Shown: positions 1 to 10,393 of the stretch, piece by piece | Numbering within the stretch: position 1 is the stretch's first letter | Layout of the letters: the number at the start of each line of letters is the position of its first letter | Virus record (IMG/VR): IMGVR_UViG_3300042889_002115 | Span: 34,930-98,929 of that record | Strand: one strand, 5' to 3' | Length of the DNA stretch: 64,000 nt | DNA from: a virus | Notes under the pieces: model-generated | Told to the model about the DNA's origin: nothing | Databases searched by the model: none | The model's input: the letters and a program-made list of their open reading frames with translations, nothing else | Program-made: the position numbers and the translations under genes

Positions 1-366
1 GCCTTGATTGATGTCATGCGCAGCAGCAACATTCCTGTAAAAACTGTGGGCCTGGGCCAAATTGGATCAGCTGGCCTGTTGATATTTCTAGCAGGCTCGC
101 CGGGACGTAGAATACTTACTCCCAACACCAGTATCTTGAGTCACCAGTTCAGCTGGGGCAGTGATGGCAAGGTACATGAATTGTTTGCCACAATGAAAGA
201 ATTTGAGCTTACACAAAAACGCATGGTACAGCACTACAAGGATTGTACCGGGCTCGATGATGAAACAATTCGAGCCAAGTTGTTGCCACCACATGATGTT
301 TGGCTCAGTGCTCAAGAAGCCCTGGCACTGAACATCTGCGATGCTATTTCTGAACTGGCTCGCTGA
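1..366 (+). CDS. clpP: ATP-dependent Clp protease proteolytic subunit (5'-truncated by window edge), divergent copy
   Basis: GQIGSAG (Ser), SILSHQ (His), HDVWLSAQEAL (Asp) catalytic motifs; frame open from base 1. Confidence 0.85.
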   Translation, partial: ALIDVMRSSNIPVKTVGLGQIGSAGLLIFLAGSPGRRILTPNTSILSHQFSWGSDGKVHELFATMKEFELTQKRMVQHYKDCTGLDDETIRAKLLPPHDVWLSAQEALALNICDAISELAR

Positions 367-368
367 GT

Positions 369-1949
369 TTAGCGTTTGGCCCGGCCAGTAACACTGGGAT
401 CAAAGTTTGGTTCTTGAGTTTGTTTTGATGCTCGGGCACCCGGTCCAGTTAGTCTTGGAGCACTAGTGATATTGTCCAAGGTATCTGTGTCCTGGTCAGC
501 TATCTCCGCATCACTCTTGGCAACTCCGGGAATGTCTCCTGGATCAAGGTCTGTACCACCCGGGGAGATTTCCACACTCATTTTACCCTTGATTTCACCT
601 GCAGATCCTTTGGTCTTGAGTTTAACTTGGCCGGATATTTTAGCAGGCCAAAAAGCCTCTGTGACCAACTTGTTGCCCTTGACGTTGGTGTAGAGTTGAA
701 TAAAGTTATAGCCCAAACTTTCAATCAATGCTGCTCTTAGGTCTGGCACGGCTCGATCAGAATTCACAGCCCGCATCACATCCGAAGTTACTGCATACCA
801 GGCCTTGCCACCGTCAGCAGCAGTACCATACAACACTTTGTCGCTGAGTTGTTTTTCAAAATTTTTCATAATGCCTCTTGGCAATGATTTGCCAGATTTC
901 ATACTGGCTTCTATCCGAGACACAAAATCTGAGTCAAACGGCAACATTGCATGATAGGCTTTTGGTACCTTGCTGGGATTAAGCAAATACAGATGGTTCA
1001 TCATGGCAAATGGTTGCGTGTATTGCGAAAGAGCAGGGTCTTGTGCAATATCCAAAAACTCCGCAGCATCAGGATATTTTTCACGTACCTCTTTTGGCAA
1101 CTTCATTGAACCAAGACTTGGTGGTGCTCCTTTGCCTGCTGCTTTGCTGGAAATCTTGACAGCATGACCTGTTGAATCGTTGACAACACTAAAACTATCA
1201 GCCAGCGGATTGTTTGACGCCTTGGGAAAGAACATGATCATGTCGGAAAGATCCCCCCCAACAAACTCTTGAAATTCTTCACGACTGCCCCGAACAAATG
1301 GCACTCCACCGCTGACCAATCCCAGAGCTCCAATGTATTCAGATGCATACAGTTCAATTGCCTTGGTTTGATCTTTGTTGAGATCTGAAGGAAATACCGG
1401 AACTTGTCCGTTGTTGGCCTGCTTGGCCAAATAAATTACTGCGTCACCCAGTTTTCCCATGTTCTGCAACGCAGGATTTTCTGCAATCTTGCTGTACATT
1501 TCTGAAGCCGGAAACCCGCCTGCTTTCAACAGAGAATCAATGTTGTTGCCAAGATCAGCAATTTCAGTGTCTGGATCAGTTGCAAAAACATCACTGGGTT
1601 TGATTTTAATATTTTCTGCTTCTTTACTGCCAAACTCCACAGTTTTCTGCAACTCAGTATTTTTGACTGTGCCGCCATCTGTGGTGCGCATGGTGATGGT
1701 TCCTTTGGGGCCACTGGCCAGCCAGGATGCAACCAAATTGGCATCTCCACGATTGATCACAACTTCGTCGCCATCAATTTTGGTGAACGGACTACCATTT
1801 TTGACCTTGTGTAAAAACAGTTCGGGCCGAGTGAACAGTGTTTTAGTTTTGGGATTGACCACTGCTGACATTTTTTTGGAAGGTATTTCGCCGGCTGCTA
1901 GACTGGCCTCTACCAGCATGTTATCGAGTAAGTTGAGTAGGTCTCTCAT
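369..1949 (-). CDS. Putative head-packaged protein, possible PD-(D/E/S)xK nuclease-like fold
   Basis: 526 aa ORF; leader [14 protein letters not shown]; ASEY...FP...NPLADSF...KISSK motif; TAAGTA upstream on minus strand. Confidence 0.5.
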   Translation of the reverse strand: MRDLLNLLDNMLVEASLAAGEIPSKKMSAVVNPKTKTLFTRPELFLHKVKNGSPFTKIDGDEVVINRGDANLVASWLASGPKGTITMRTTDGGTVKNTELQKTVEFGSKEAENIKIKPSDVFATDPDTEIADLGNNIDSLLKAGGFPASEMYSKIAENPALQNMGKLGDAVIYLAKQANNGQVPVFPSDLNKDQTKAIELYASEYIGALGLVSGGVPFVRGSREEFQEFVGGDLSDMIMFFPKASNNPLADSFSVVNDSTGHAVKISSKAAGKGAPPSLGSMKLPKEVREKYPDAAEFLDIAQDPALSQYTQPFAMMNHLYLLNPSKVPKAYHAMLPFDSDFVSRIEASMKSGKSLPRGIMKNFEKQLSDKVLYGTAADGGKAWYAVTSDVMRAVNSDRAVPDLRAALIESLGYNFIQLYTNVKGNKLVTEAFWPAKISGQVKLKTKGSAGEIKGKMSVEISPGGTDLDPGDIPGVAKSDAEIADQDTDTLDNITSAPRLTGPGARASKQTQEPNFDPSVTGRAKR

Positions 1950-2004
1950 TGTGTTTTCCGTAAAAAGATGTTATACTTACTTATCACTAACACAAGGAAC
2001 CCCT

Positions 2005-2598
2005 ATGTCAAACTTGGTACCAATGGTGCTGGAACAAACAGCCAAGGGCGAACGCAGCTACGATATCTACAGCCGTTTGCTCCGAGATCGCATCATCATG
2101 CTGCACACTGATGTGAATGAAAATTCAGCCAGCCTGATTGTGAGTCAGCTGTTGTTTTTGGAAGCAGACAATCCTGACAAAGACATCAGTTTTTACATCA
2201 ACTCACCAGGTGGCGCAGTCACAGCAGGCATGGCCATCTATGATACCATGCAGTTTATCAAATGTGATGTGCAGACCATTGTGATGGGGCAGGCATGCAG
2301 CATGGGCAGTTTGTTGGCACAAGCAGGCGCAGCAGGCAAACGCAGCATCCTGGCCAATGCACGACACATGATTCACCAGCCGTCGGGCGGAGCTCGTGGC
2401 CAGGCCACAGACATGCTGATTCAGGTGGAGGAAATTCTTGCCATGAAAAAGAACCTGACCGAGATCTATGTTGATCACAACTCAGCAGGCAAAACGTTTG
2501 ATCAGCTGAGTGCCGACATGGAACGGGATAACTACATGAGTGCAGATCAAGCAGTTGCTTATGGTCTTGCCGACAAAGTTATTTCTAAACGTGACTAA
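2005..2598 (+). CDS. clpP: ATP-dependent Clp protease proteolytic subunit, host-like copy
   Basis: [54 protein letters not shown]; AAGGA SD before ATG 2005. Confidence 0.97.
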   Translation: MSNLVPMVLEQTAKGERSYDIYSRLLRDRIIMLHTDVNENSASLIVSQLLFLEADNPDKDISFYINSPGGAVTAGMAIYDTMQFIKCDVQTIVMGQACSMGSLLAQAGAAGKRSILANARHMIHQPSGGARGQATDMLIQVEEILAMKKNLTEIYVDHNSAGKTFDQLSADMERDNYMSADQAVAYGLADKVISKRD

Positions 2599-3907
2599 TC
2601 CTAACATTTTTTGTAGCACACCCTGGTACGAACTGCACATCTATTGGGATGGCAGTCTGGGTATCTGCTGCGCCGAAGCACACAAACTGTACTCGCCTGA
2701 CAGCAGATACAACATAGCTCGCATGAGCATTGTGGAATGGTTCAATTCTGAACCAGTGAAACAATTTAGAACTAGAATTTCTGGAAATGCTCGTATATCT
2801 CAATGCCGTCGTTGTTATGATGAGGAAGATTTTGGTGGCAATAGTCGTCGGCAACGATCCAATCAAAAAAGTGTAATCTTTGAACAAGCATTTGATGAAA
2901 GTTTTCAGCAAAGTCCGGGGCACCAGTATTTTGTAAATAGTGCTAATAACAATGGTGCAACTGAAACCTACCCAATAGACATGCACATTGATTTAGGCAA
3001 TCACTGTAATCTTGCCTGTAAAATGTGCTTCCCTCGGGCCAGTAGTAAAATCGCAATGCAAGAAGTAAAATGGGGCATCGAATCCAGTAAACAGTATGTT
3101 GGTACTGATTGGACCAGAGATCAGTTGGTCTGGAACAATTTTAAAACCCAACTGGTAAACATTCACAAATTAAAAAATATTCACTTTATGGGCGGTGAGA
3201 CTCTGATCTCTCCAAGATTTGAGGACCTGGTGGACACACTAACAGCACATGAGCGATTTGATGTGGGGTTTAGTTTTGTGACCAATGGCACCACGGTAAA
3301 TCCTGCATTGATGAACAAGCTAAAAAAATTCAGTAGAGTAGGAATAGAAGTCAGTATTGAAACAACCACTCCACACAACTCCTATGTAAGACAAGGCACA
3401 GACACCAGTCAAGTGCTGAAAAACATAGCCTGGTATCAGTCACAGGCCAACAATACCACTATTTCAGTAGCTCTGCGTCCAGCAATCAGTATGTTGACCA
3501 TTGGATATTATTCTTCTTTGTTGGAGTATGCCTGGCACAATCAGTTGATCATAAAATCGTTGTTGGTAACAGATCCAGATTTTTTAAATGCCAGCAATCT
3601 CCCAACTGATGTGAAACAGCATTACTCTGGAACATTTGACAAAATCATCTCAAAATCGTCCCACATCACAGTTGATCCAGATTACAACGCTAGTGATCCC
3701 AACAATTATCAAACTGTGATTCAACAACAGGCTCACATGTGCAAACAATTGTTGAACACACCGGCTCACCACAACAGTTTGCACAATCATCGACTACTGG
3801 TAGAGCATTGTCAGCGATGGGACAAGGTGTACGGGCACAACGCAACAGTGCTGTATCCTGAACTGCAAGACATCTGGACTCAATATGACTACACTGGTTC
3901 AACTTGA
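2591..3907 (+). CDS. Radical SAM protein with N-terminal twitch/SPASM-like Cys domain
   Basis: CNLACKMC (CxxxCxxC), FMGGET, VTNGT; N-terminal C..PW...GICC...CRRC; GTG 2591 is the likely start. Confidence 0.88.
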   Translation: MTNPNIFCSTPWYELHIYWDGSLGICCAEAHKLYSPDSRYNIARMSIVEWFNSEPVKQFRTRISGNARISQCRRCYDEEDFGGNSRRQRSNQKSVIFEQAFDESFQQSPGHQYFVNSANNNGATETYPIDMHIDLGNHCNLACKMCFPRASSKIAMQEVKWGIESSKQYVGTDWTRDQLVWNNFKTQLVNIHKLKNIHFMGGETLISPRFEDLVDTLTAHERFDVGFSFVTNGTTVNPALMNKLKKFSRVGIEVSIETTTPHNSYVRQGTDTSQVLKNIAWYQSQANNTTISVALRPAISMLTIGYYSSLLEYAWHNQLIIKSLLVTDPDFLNASNLPTDVKQHYSGTFDKIISKSSHITVDPDYNASDPNNYQTVIQQQAHMCKQLLNTPAHHNSLHNHRLLVEHCQRWDKVYGHNATVLYPELQDIWTQYDYTGST

Positions 3908-4316
3908 ACTAACGCTGGAACCAGTGCATCTGCCCTGGATCGAAGTGGCACTAGACGGCATCAAGTACACTCAACAGTTGACCAAAGAAACGGCGTTTGT
4001 ATTTGAATTTGAAACTGACGTTCAGCAACTGCTGCTGACAGTGACTCATTTCAACAAACTGCCCGATGATCCGTCAACTGCGGTAATAGTCAAACAGTTG
4101 AGTTTTTTTGGAATATCAGATCCTAAATTCATATGGCAGGCACAATATAGACCCGAATATCCTGAACCCTGGTTTGGCCAACAACGTCCGTCTCCGCCAG
4201 AGATTGTGACTAGTGCCACCTACCTGGGCTGGAACGGAGTTTGGAGTTTGGAGTTTGGGGTGCCAGTATTCACATGGATACACCAGATTCAAAATCTTGG
4301 CTGGATTTACGATTGA
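3885..4316 (+). CDS. Hypothetical protein (paralog of 60346..60780)
   Basis: Shared C-terminal G.NG...L.F..PV..W motif. Confidence 0.65.
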   Translation: MTTLVQLELTLEPVHLPWIEVALDGIKYTQQLTKETAFVFEFETDVQQLLLTVTHFNKLPDDPSTAVIVKQLSFFGISDPKFIWQAQYRPEYPEPWFGQQRPSPPEIVTSATYLGWNGVWSLEFGVPVFTWIHQIQNLGWIYD

Positions 4317-4324
4317 TGTCCAAT

Positions 4325-4353
4325 TTGACCTAAATTCCCATTTGTGCTATAAT
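4325..4353 (+). promoter_or_regulatory. sigma70-type early promoter
   Basis: TTGACC-17 nt-TATAAT with TGn extension. Confidence 0.85.
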
Positions 4354-4403
4354 ATACACATAGATAGCAACAAAATTCTCAAAGAACACTTTGGAGTCGA
4401 AGA

Positions 4404-4754
4404 ATGAAATGGTTTGCTGAAACAACTGTGTGGAGTGACACCAACATTCCCAATGGTGTGTACTTGCTGGACGATGGCAAAAGCAAGATGTATGCATTCC
4501 GTCCACAGAGCACTGGTGCTATAAAAGTTTTCAAGAATGCAATCCGTATTGACACTCGTGGACGCAAGTTTGTGGTCAATCCTGTGCAGTTTGCAACTGG
4601 TGTGAAAGAACCAGAACCTCAAGGTCGTGCCTGGACAGTAAAAGGCAGCAAGGGCGACGAGTACAAGGTCACAGAGTTGAACGGAAACTTTTCTTGCACC
4701 TGTTCAGGATTTCGATTCCGGGGGGACTGCAAGCACGTTAAGGGTGTGACATGA
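4404..4754 (+). CDS. SWIM zinc-finger protein
   Basis: VKGSKGDEYKV...FSCTCSGFRFRGDCKH (CxC...CxH); GGAG SD. Confidence 0.8.
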   Translation: MKWFAETTVWSDTNIPNGVYLLDDGKSKMYAFRPQSTGAIKVFKNAIRIDTRGRKFVVNPVQFATGVKEPEPQGRAWTVKGSKGDEYKVTELNGNFSCTCSGFRFRGDCKHVKGVT

Positions 4755-4981
4755 ATTCAGCACAACGACGACAGGATGACCGAAAGTGGAAGTACCAGAT
4801 CAAGTTAACTTTGGAGGAGGCAGATCGTAACGGGTATGACAACATGTTTGACTGGTGCCGCACCACGTTTGGCAATGGTATACACAATGATCTTTGGCGG
4901 GAAAAACATCAAGAAACTGGCACCTGGTGGCAGTTCAGTGACAGCAAGGCCGCCGCACTGTTTGCACTGAAATGGTCGTAA
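4751..4981 (+). CDS. Small protein, 'F.D..A..F.LKW' paralog family
   Basis: DWC..TFG...WQFSDSKAAALFALKWS. Confidence 0.7.
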   Translation: MNSAQRRQDDRKWKYQIKLTLEEADRNGYDNMFDWCRTTFGNGIHNDLWREKHQETGTWWQFSDSKAAALFALKWS

Positions 4982-5003
4982 GAAAGCCCCTTTCGGGGCT
5001 TTC
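4982..5003. terminator. Bidirectional intrinsic terminator
   Basis: GAAAGCCCC-TTTC-GGGGCTTTC hairpin between convergent genes. Confidence 0.85.
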
Positions 5004-5008
5004 ATTTC

Positions 5009-5236
5009 TTACGCCTGGTCTACAAACTTCTTGAGTTCTTCAGCCTTGCTCACAATATCCGCACTAGACGGAAAGTCCGGTAAGGCTGGAAATGCAAGTG
5101 AGTCACGATTGGCATCAGTTAACTTGGCATGATACTCATTTATCTTAGCCTCGCGAGTTTGGTAGATTGGCGTTTGGAGTATTTCCCTAGCCAAGTGTAA
5201 GAGTTCGAGACGAATCTCATAGGGTGTTTTGCTCAT
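5009..5236 (-). CDS. Conserved phage hypothetical protein (MSKTPYEIRLELL type)
   Basis: 75 aa ORF with AGGAG SD. Confidence 0.75.
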   Translation of the reverse strand: MSKTPYEIRLELLHLAREILQTPIYQTREAKINEYHAKLTDANRDSLAFPALPDFPSSADIVSKAEELKKFVDQA

Positions 5237-5308
5237 GTTTTTCTCCTGTGTGATGTGTGTGTAATCGTGCCCCGCCCTTTGCAGGACAAGATTGCTACAC
5301 GAGCAAGT

Positions 5309-5740
5309 TTACTTATAGATGTAGTTGATGGTGTTGGAATTTTCACGCAATTCTCTAGCACCATTTTTCAAATGAAATCGTCGAGCCATTTCGGTCTTGG
5401 GACTTAGGGTCACATAGGTGCTGATATCGGGAAATTCTTGCTGAATGCTGGTCTGAGCCTGCTGGATTAGTTCTCGGCCTGCGCCAGCGGCATAGCTCCA
5501 AATGGTGTAAAATACCGCAGTTGTGGCACTCTCGACCAAGCCAACCAAGTCTTCCACAGCAGCAGGAACCACAGTCAAAAACTTCACACAGGTCACTGCC
5601 AGAGTTTGGTCACCATTTTTCAGCATGTAGATTCTGCTGTTGGCATTGACTCTTTGGCTTAGAGGAATTTCGGGACGTACCGGGTCATCCTGAATCAAGG
5701 TCTCAAGCTCGTCGGTAATGGTTGTGATGGTGTGTAACAT
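5309..5740 (-). CDS. Hypothetical protein, GNAT-like fold possible
   Basis: FYTIWSY..GAGRELI...MARRFHLKNGA resembles acetyl-CoA-binding motif A/B; TAAATA at 5767-5772 on minus strand. Confidence 0.6.
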   Translation of the reverse strand: MLHTITTITDELETLIQDDPVRPEIPLSQRVNANSRIYMLKNGDQTLAVTCVKFLTVVPAAVEDLVGLVESATTAVFYTIWSYAAGAGRELIQQAQTSIQQEFPDISTYVTLSPKTEMARRFHLKNGARELRENSNTINYIYK

Positions 5741-5841
5741 AATCTACGCCATTCGTTATATACAGCTATTTATCTTTGGCATCAAAATTTGATATTTTTT
5801 ATCAAAACAATAGATTATGGCAACATGTGTGCCAAACATGC

Positions 5842-5870
5842 TTGATTATATCGCACACATGCGTTATACT
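5842..5870 (+). promoter_or_regulatory. sigma70-type promoter
   Basis: TTGATT-17-TATACT. Confidence 0.65.
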
Positions 5871-5925
5871 AGTATCATGCTGTGACGCAAACAGCTAATT
5901 TAACTTACTTTGAAAGGTAACAATT

Positions 5926-6192
5926 ATGCGCTTTAATCCAGAAACTAAAACCTACAAACTTTTCTCCGCTCTCAATGCAGGCGAGAAAGTGTCCGCCAGT
6001 GTCGCTTCCAAGCGTTTTGGCATCAAGAACATTTCCGCTGAAGTGTCACGTATCCGTCAAGCAGGCTTTGCTGTGTACGGCAACTCCCGTGTGGCCGGCA
6101 ACGGTATCAAGGTTACAGAATATGTAATCGGCAAACCAAGCCGCAAGATTGTGGCTGCTGGCTACAAGGCCATGGCCATGGGCCTGGTCTAA
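5926..6192 (+). CDS. Small basic winged-helix DNA-binding protein
   Basis: LFSALNAGEKVS...KRFGIKNISAEVSRIRQAGFAV...TEY pattern. Confidence 0.65.
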   Translation: MRFNPETKTYKLFSALNAGEKVSASVASKRFGIKNISAEVSRIRQAGFAVYGNSRVAGNGIKVTEYVIGKPSRKIVAAGYKAMAMGLV

Positions 6193-6234
6193 TACAGACT
6201 CGCTGTCCGATTCAGACCGGACACTTAGGTAAAC

Positions 6235-6260
6235 AAGGCCCGTGCAATGCGGGCTTTCTC
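6235..6260 (+). terminator. Intrinsic terminator
   Basis: GC-rich hairpin GGCCCG...CGGGCT followed by TTCTC. Confidence 0.65.
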
Positions 6261-6289
6261 TTGACCATTAATTCAAGATGTTGTATAAT
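6261..6289 (+). promoter_or_regulatory. sigma70-type early promoter
   Basis: TTGACC-17-TATAAT. Confidence 0.85.
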
Positions 6290-6309
6290 TGTTCAGCAAA
6301 GGAGTAAGC

Positions 6310-6762
6310 ATGTTTTTAAAACTACTGGAGCGTCTGGGCCGAAAAAGGATTGTTTACGATCGCCTGGACAATGAACCGTATCTGGAGCGTTACTATATTT
6401 TTCTCAAGGACCGAAGCTGGTTCCCTTTTAATGTGTTCCTTCACAAGTTTCTCAAGAGTGATCCTGACGATGTGCATGATCATCCGTGGCCATTTGCCAC
6501 ACTAATTTTGAAAGGTGGATACTGGGAGTGGCGCCCGCAGTTTGATGCACAAGGTAACAAGGCCGGAGAGATTGCCAAATGGTGCGGTGCCGGTAGCTTT
6601 AGAACTGCTCGAGCCACAACATATCACCGCATTGAACTGGATCCCACAGTGGAATGTTGGACCTTGTTCATGCCTGGTGCCAAACAACGAGACTGGGGAT
6701 TCCTTGTGAAAAACAAGTGGGTACAGTGGGAACAATATTTAACTCAAAGGAAAACAGCATGA
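6310..6762 (+). CDS. Cupin-fold phage protein
   Basis: HDHPW...ILKGGYWE...YHRIEL...WGF; GGAG SD before ATG 6310. Confidence 0.8.
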   Translation: MFLKLLERLGRKRIVYDRLDNEPYLERYYIFLKDRSWFPFNVFLHKFLKSDPDDVHDHPWPFATLILKGGYWEWRPQFDAQGNKAGEIAKWCGAGSFRTARATTYHRIELDPTVECWTLFMPGAKQRDWGFLVKNKWVQWEQYLTQRKTA

Positions 6763-7061
6763 AATGGTTTGACAAATGGTTTCTCAACAAATCCAAGTGG
6801 GCCTGGCAGCACCGCAACGACGAACCTAATGTGGCTGAGGTAGAAACAAACAGCGTATCAAGATTGGTTGGCCGTGAGCATGACTGGCACGAAAATCTCA
6901 GCTTGTCGATAACTACTGCAAATGGTGGAAAAATTGTTTCGTTCAGGCGCTATGATCACAAGACTGATCGCCATGACAACAAGATCTATGTTGTGCCCGA
7001 TGATCTGGACTTTAATGCAGAACTGGGCAAGATGATCACTTTGGAAAGCATGCGAGGTTAA
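6759..7061 (+). CDS. Hypothetical protein
   Basis: ATGA overlap with upstream gene; AAGGA SD. Confidence 0.7.
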   Translation: MKWFDKWFLNKSKWAWQHRNDEPNVAEVETNSVSRLVGREHDWHENLSLSITTANGGKIVSFRRYDHKTDRHDNKIYVVPDDLDFNAELGKMITLESMRG

Positions 7062-7063
7062 AT

Positions 7064-7429
7064 ATGGACTTGATCATGGAGTTTTTAGAACTGGCTGGAT
7101 ATGTTGCAATTGCATATGGCATTGTTAGATGGATGACCAAAACGGCCGTGCCAAGTGAGACCAACCAGGTCCTGACCGAAATCCAGGATGGTAGCTTGAT
7201 ACCACTCACTGTTGAACTTGACAACAATACCTTTTTGTGCTATAATATGTTAACAAAGGAATTTGTGTGTCAGGGCAATGATCTCAACGAGATCATGAAA
7301 CGGTTCACTGAACGATTCCCTGACACAATGTTGTCCTTTTATGATGACAACAGTGTCGCAGTCAAAATCTTGAACGAACAACGCAGGAGTTTACTTGAAA
7401 ATCGCAATTGCATCGGACCTACACCTTGA
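7064..7429 (+). CDS. Hypothetical protein with N-terminal TM segment
   Basis: 121 aa ORF; GAGG SD. Confidence 0.65.
   Translation: MDLIMEFLELAGYVAIAYGIVRWMTKTAVPSETNQVLTEIQDGSLIPLTVELDNNTFLCYNMLTKEFVCQGNDLNEIMKRFTERFPDTMLSFYDDNSVAVKILNEQRRSLLENRNCIGPTP
7218..7246 (+). promoter_or_regulatory. Perfect-consensus sigma70 promoter inside a CDS
   Basis: TTGACA-17-TATAAT with TGn extension. Confidence 0.7.
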
Positions 7430-8273
7430 ATTTGGTGACCTGGAGTTTGACAACAGCAGCCACGCTGATGTGTTGATCCTGAGTGGCGATATCCTTGTGG
7501 CCCGAGATATCACACAACATGATCCCCACAACATCATGGGAACAGAATACCGTAGCAATCGATATCACAACTTTATGCAACGCTGCTGTGAACAGTTTGC
7601 TCATGTGATCTACGTCATGGGTAATCACGAACACTATCATCATGACTTTGCCAAGACCGAAAGTCATCTCAAAGATGTGCTTGGTTACCTGAAAAACTTG
7701 TATATCCTTGAGCGTGAAATCAAGGTCATTGACAACGTTACCTTTGTTGGTGGCACGTTATGGACTGACATGAACCAGGAAGATCCGCTGACCTTGTACC
7801 ACATGAAGAGCATGATGAATGATTTCAGGATCATCAGCAACAGCAACAAACAGGTCAATTATAGAACTTTTGATGATGTTGACAATCCTGAAAAACCAAC
7901 TTTTAGAACTCGGGAGGCCAAATTCAGCCCGGAGGATTCAGTAGAACAACATCGTATGTTTGTGGCCTACCTTCAACACTGTGTTGAAGGCCGAGCAGAT
8001 CAAAAGTTTGTGGTGGCGGGGCATCATGCACCCAGCAGACTCAGCACACATGCACAGTATGCCAACGCCACTCTGATGAACGGTGCCTACCGTTCAGACT
8101 TGGATGAATACATTCAGGATCATCCGCAGATTCGACTGTGGACTCATGGGCACACGCATCACAATTTTGACTACATGATTGGCGAAACTAGAGTGGTATG
8201 TAACCCGCGTGGTTATCATGGGCATGAGCAACAGGCCGCTACCTGGCAACTGCAAACCGTGGAGATTCAATGA
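7395..8273 (+). CDS. Calcineurin-like metallophosphoesterase
   Basis: SDLH, GD, GNHE, HH, HGHTH, NPRGY motifs; TTG start with AGGAG SD. Confidence 0.93.
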   Translation: MKIAIASDLHLEFGDLEFDNSSHADVLILSGDILVARDITQHDPHNIMGTEYRSNRYHNFMQRCCEQFAHVIYVMGNHEHYHHDFAKTESHLKDVLGYLKNLYILEREIKVIDNVTFVGGTLWTDMNQEDPLTLYHMKSMMNDFRIISNSNKQVNYRTFDDVDNPEKPTFRTREAKFSPEDSVEQHRMFVAYLQHCVEGRADQKFVVAGHHAPSRLSTHAQYANATLMNGAYRSDLDEYIQDHPQIRLWTHGHTHHNFDYMIGETRVVCNPRGYHGHEQQAATWQLQTVEIQ

Positions 8274-8530
8274 GCCAACAAGAAACTACTGCCAAGGGCC
8301 AACGAGGCATACTGATCACTGGTATGGATAATCAAGTGTACTTTAGACAGTACGCCAGTGACTACACCTTTGTTGACTACATGTTGACCAACTATGACGT
8401 TGAGATTGAAATCACTGATGCAGACGCTGCCTTGATCAGAAACGAAAGCGGCAACTTTCTTGACTACACTTCTGAAAGCATGAGTGTTGTGGCAAACAGT
8501 AACCTTGGTAGTGACAATGACCGAACTTGA
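8270..8530 (+). CDS. Hypothetical protein
   Basis: ATGA overlap; GGAG SD. Confidence 0.6.
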   Translation: MSQQETTAKGQRGILITGMDNQVYFRQYASDYTFVDYMLTNYDVEIEITDADAALIRNESGNFLDYTSESMSVVANSNLGSDNDRT

Positions 8531-8696
8531 AACTTTGTTGAAAACACATGACTGGGGTCATGCAGGATACATTACTCGACCTGCAATAGATCAAGCCATG
8601 CGAGCCACAGCAGGTGCAGAAGCCACTGCACTATGGGAAAAATACTGTCCTTGGAGTGAGACCAATGGCGGATACATTGCCTGGAGTAAACGATGA
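8517..8696 (+). CDS. Hypothetical protein
   Basis: Fills operon gap; ATG 8517. Confidence 0.55.
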   Translation: MTELETLLKTHDWGHAGYITRPAIDQAMRATAGAEATALWEKYCPWSETNGGYIAWSKR

Positions 8697-9415
8697 AAGT
8701 ATATATTAGCAAATATCGAGATCACTGGATCTCACCGTACACCATGTTGGACTATGCGTTTTGGTGGACTGACTGGTCACGGTGCAGTCGTGACAAAACT
8801 GTGATTCGTTCACTGGCCGAAGAGCGTGAACACAAATATGTGGAACACCCTGCCTGGGTAGAGCGGTGGTCGGATCGACTGCTGCCTGTTAGTCGTGCTA
8901 TTGCATGGGTGTGGGACCGTGTGCATCCACCCATCAACTACATCAAGATTGATCACTATGACACCTGGAGCATGGATCATACCCTGAGCCCCATCATCCT
9001 GCCCATGCTGAAACAACTAAAAGCGGCCAAGCATGGTTCACCGTTTGTGGATGACGAGGATGTGCCAGACGAACTAAAAAGCACAGCAGCGCCCCCCAAA
9101 GAAAACGAATGGGACACTGATGAAAACCACTTCCGGCGTTGGGACTGGGTCATGAGCGAAATGATCTTTGCATTTGAGTGCAAGGTAGATGACTCCTGGG
9201 AAGATGCTTTCCGTTCAGGCGAACATGACATTACATGGATCCCTGTGGATGCTGCCGGCAATGAAGTAGCCAAGGGCGAGCACAAGTACTATCAAATGGG
9301 ACACGGGCCCAAAGACACCTACCGGTGCGATTACGAAGGCATGAAGGTGGTAGAAGCTCGTATTCAAAACGGCTTCCGATTATTTGGCAAGTATTATGCA
9401 GCACTTTGGGATTGA
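8693..9415 (+). CDS. Conserved phage hypothetical protein
   Basis: IKIDHYDTWSMDHTL...RWDWVMSEMIFAF...GFRLFGKYY..LWD. Confidence 0.75.
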   Translation: MKVYISKYRDHWISPYTMLDYAFWWTDWSRCSRDKTVIRSLAEEREHKYVEHPAWVERWSDRLLPVSRAIAWVWDRVHPPINYIKIDHYDTWSMDHTLSPIILPMLKQLKAAKHGSPFVDDEDVPDELKSTAAPPKENEWDTDENHFRRWDWVMSEMIFAFECKVDDSWEDAFRSGEHDITWIPVDAAGNEVAKGEHKYYQMGHGPKDTYRCDYEGMKVVEARIQNGFRLFGKYYAALWD

Positions 9416-9416
9416 C

Positions 9417-10112
9417 ATGAGAACTGCACTGCAGACAATCAACTGGGACGAGGTTCTCACCATTGACAACGAGCCTCCCGAAGGACCAATTGTGTTCAAA
9501 GATGATCCAATTGCCATGGCCTGTGCCAGCTATAGATTGGGGCAACAGGGTGGATATGCCTGGTTGGATCTACATTCAGCAACAATAGAACCTCAGGATC
9601 GCGACACAGCCGCTGACATTCGCAAATACTATGCTGATCGACTGTTGGTAACAGCACTCAAGTCCAATGGCGTCATGAGTGAATTTAGACGCAAACTGTA
9701 TGGTGTGGTCACTGGCAACTATCAACTGAAGAAATCTGAAGAAGGTATGCTGTATCGACTGCCATACTTTTATGCTGAAGACACTGGCCTTGATCATGTG
9801 ATGAGTCAGACACAGTCAGTATCAATAGTCAACAATGCCACAGCAAAGATTGCAGGAAAGTTTACTCTTGTGAAAAAAATATTTTGCAGTCGTGCACATG
9901 CCGGATCTCATTGGCAGTTTTGGTTTGTGCGTGAAACATCTCAGGTGCCATACTTGGTAGAAATCCGGGATGACAATGTGCTGTACAAGTTGTTTGACAC
10001 CTTGACCCAGCAGCCGCAGATGTTTTCCGCGGGCACAACGCACGTCAAACATCATCGCGGCCATTATCGAGACAGGGTCTACATCAAGATGACACAGGTT
10101 GATCTAGCATGA
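9417..10112 (+). CDS. Hypothetical protein
   Basis: Long ORF in operon. Confidence 0.65.
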   Translation: MRTALQTINWDEVLTIDNEPPEGPIVFKDDPIAMACASYRLGQQGGYAWLDLHSATIEPQDRDTAADIRKYYADRLLVTALKSNGVMSEFRRKLYGVVTGNYQLKKSEEGMLYRLPYFYAEDTGLDHVMSQTQSVSIVNNATAKIAGKFTLVKKIFCSRAHAGSHWQFWFVRETSQVPYLVEIRDDNVLYKLFDTLTQQPQMFSAGTTHVKHHRGHYRDRVYIKMTQVDLA

Positions 10113-10134
10113 TGGGTCAAGCAGTATTTGCCAA

Positions 10135-10353
10135 ATGTATAGAATTGAATTACCAAACTTGACCCCCGATGACGGCATACGTCTCAAGAATCTGCTGATC
10201 AGTACTGGACTAGTAATGTATCAGGACTTTGTATGGCAATACCGCACAGCAGTTTACGACAAAACAGGATACAACTCAATTACCCCGCGCACAGTGACAT
10301 TTGACTTTGAGGATGGAGCCACTGCCACATACTGGCGGCTGAAATGGATCTGA
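10135..10353 (+). CDS. Small protein, LKW paralog family
   Basis: FDFEDGATATYWRLKWI. Confidence 0.7.
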   Translation: MYRIELPNLTPDDGIRLKNLLISTGLVMYQDFVWQYRTAVYDKTGYNSITPRTVTFDFEDGATATYWRLKWI

Positions 10354-10393
10354 CATTTTTGTCAAGCACTGCTAGACCAACTAATTAACATTG

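Noticed and set aside
1459-2004. 182-aa N-terminal extension on ClpP in the ORF track
   Set aside because: Antisense shadow of 369..1949; the canonical ClpP start with SD is at 2005
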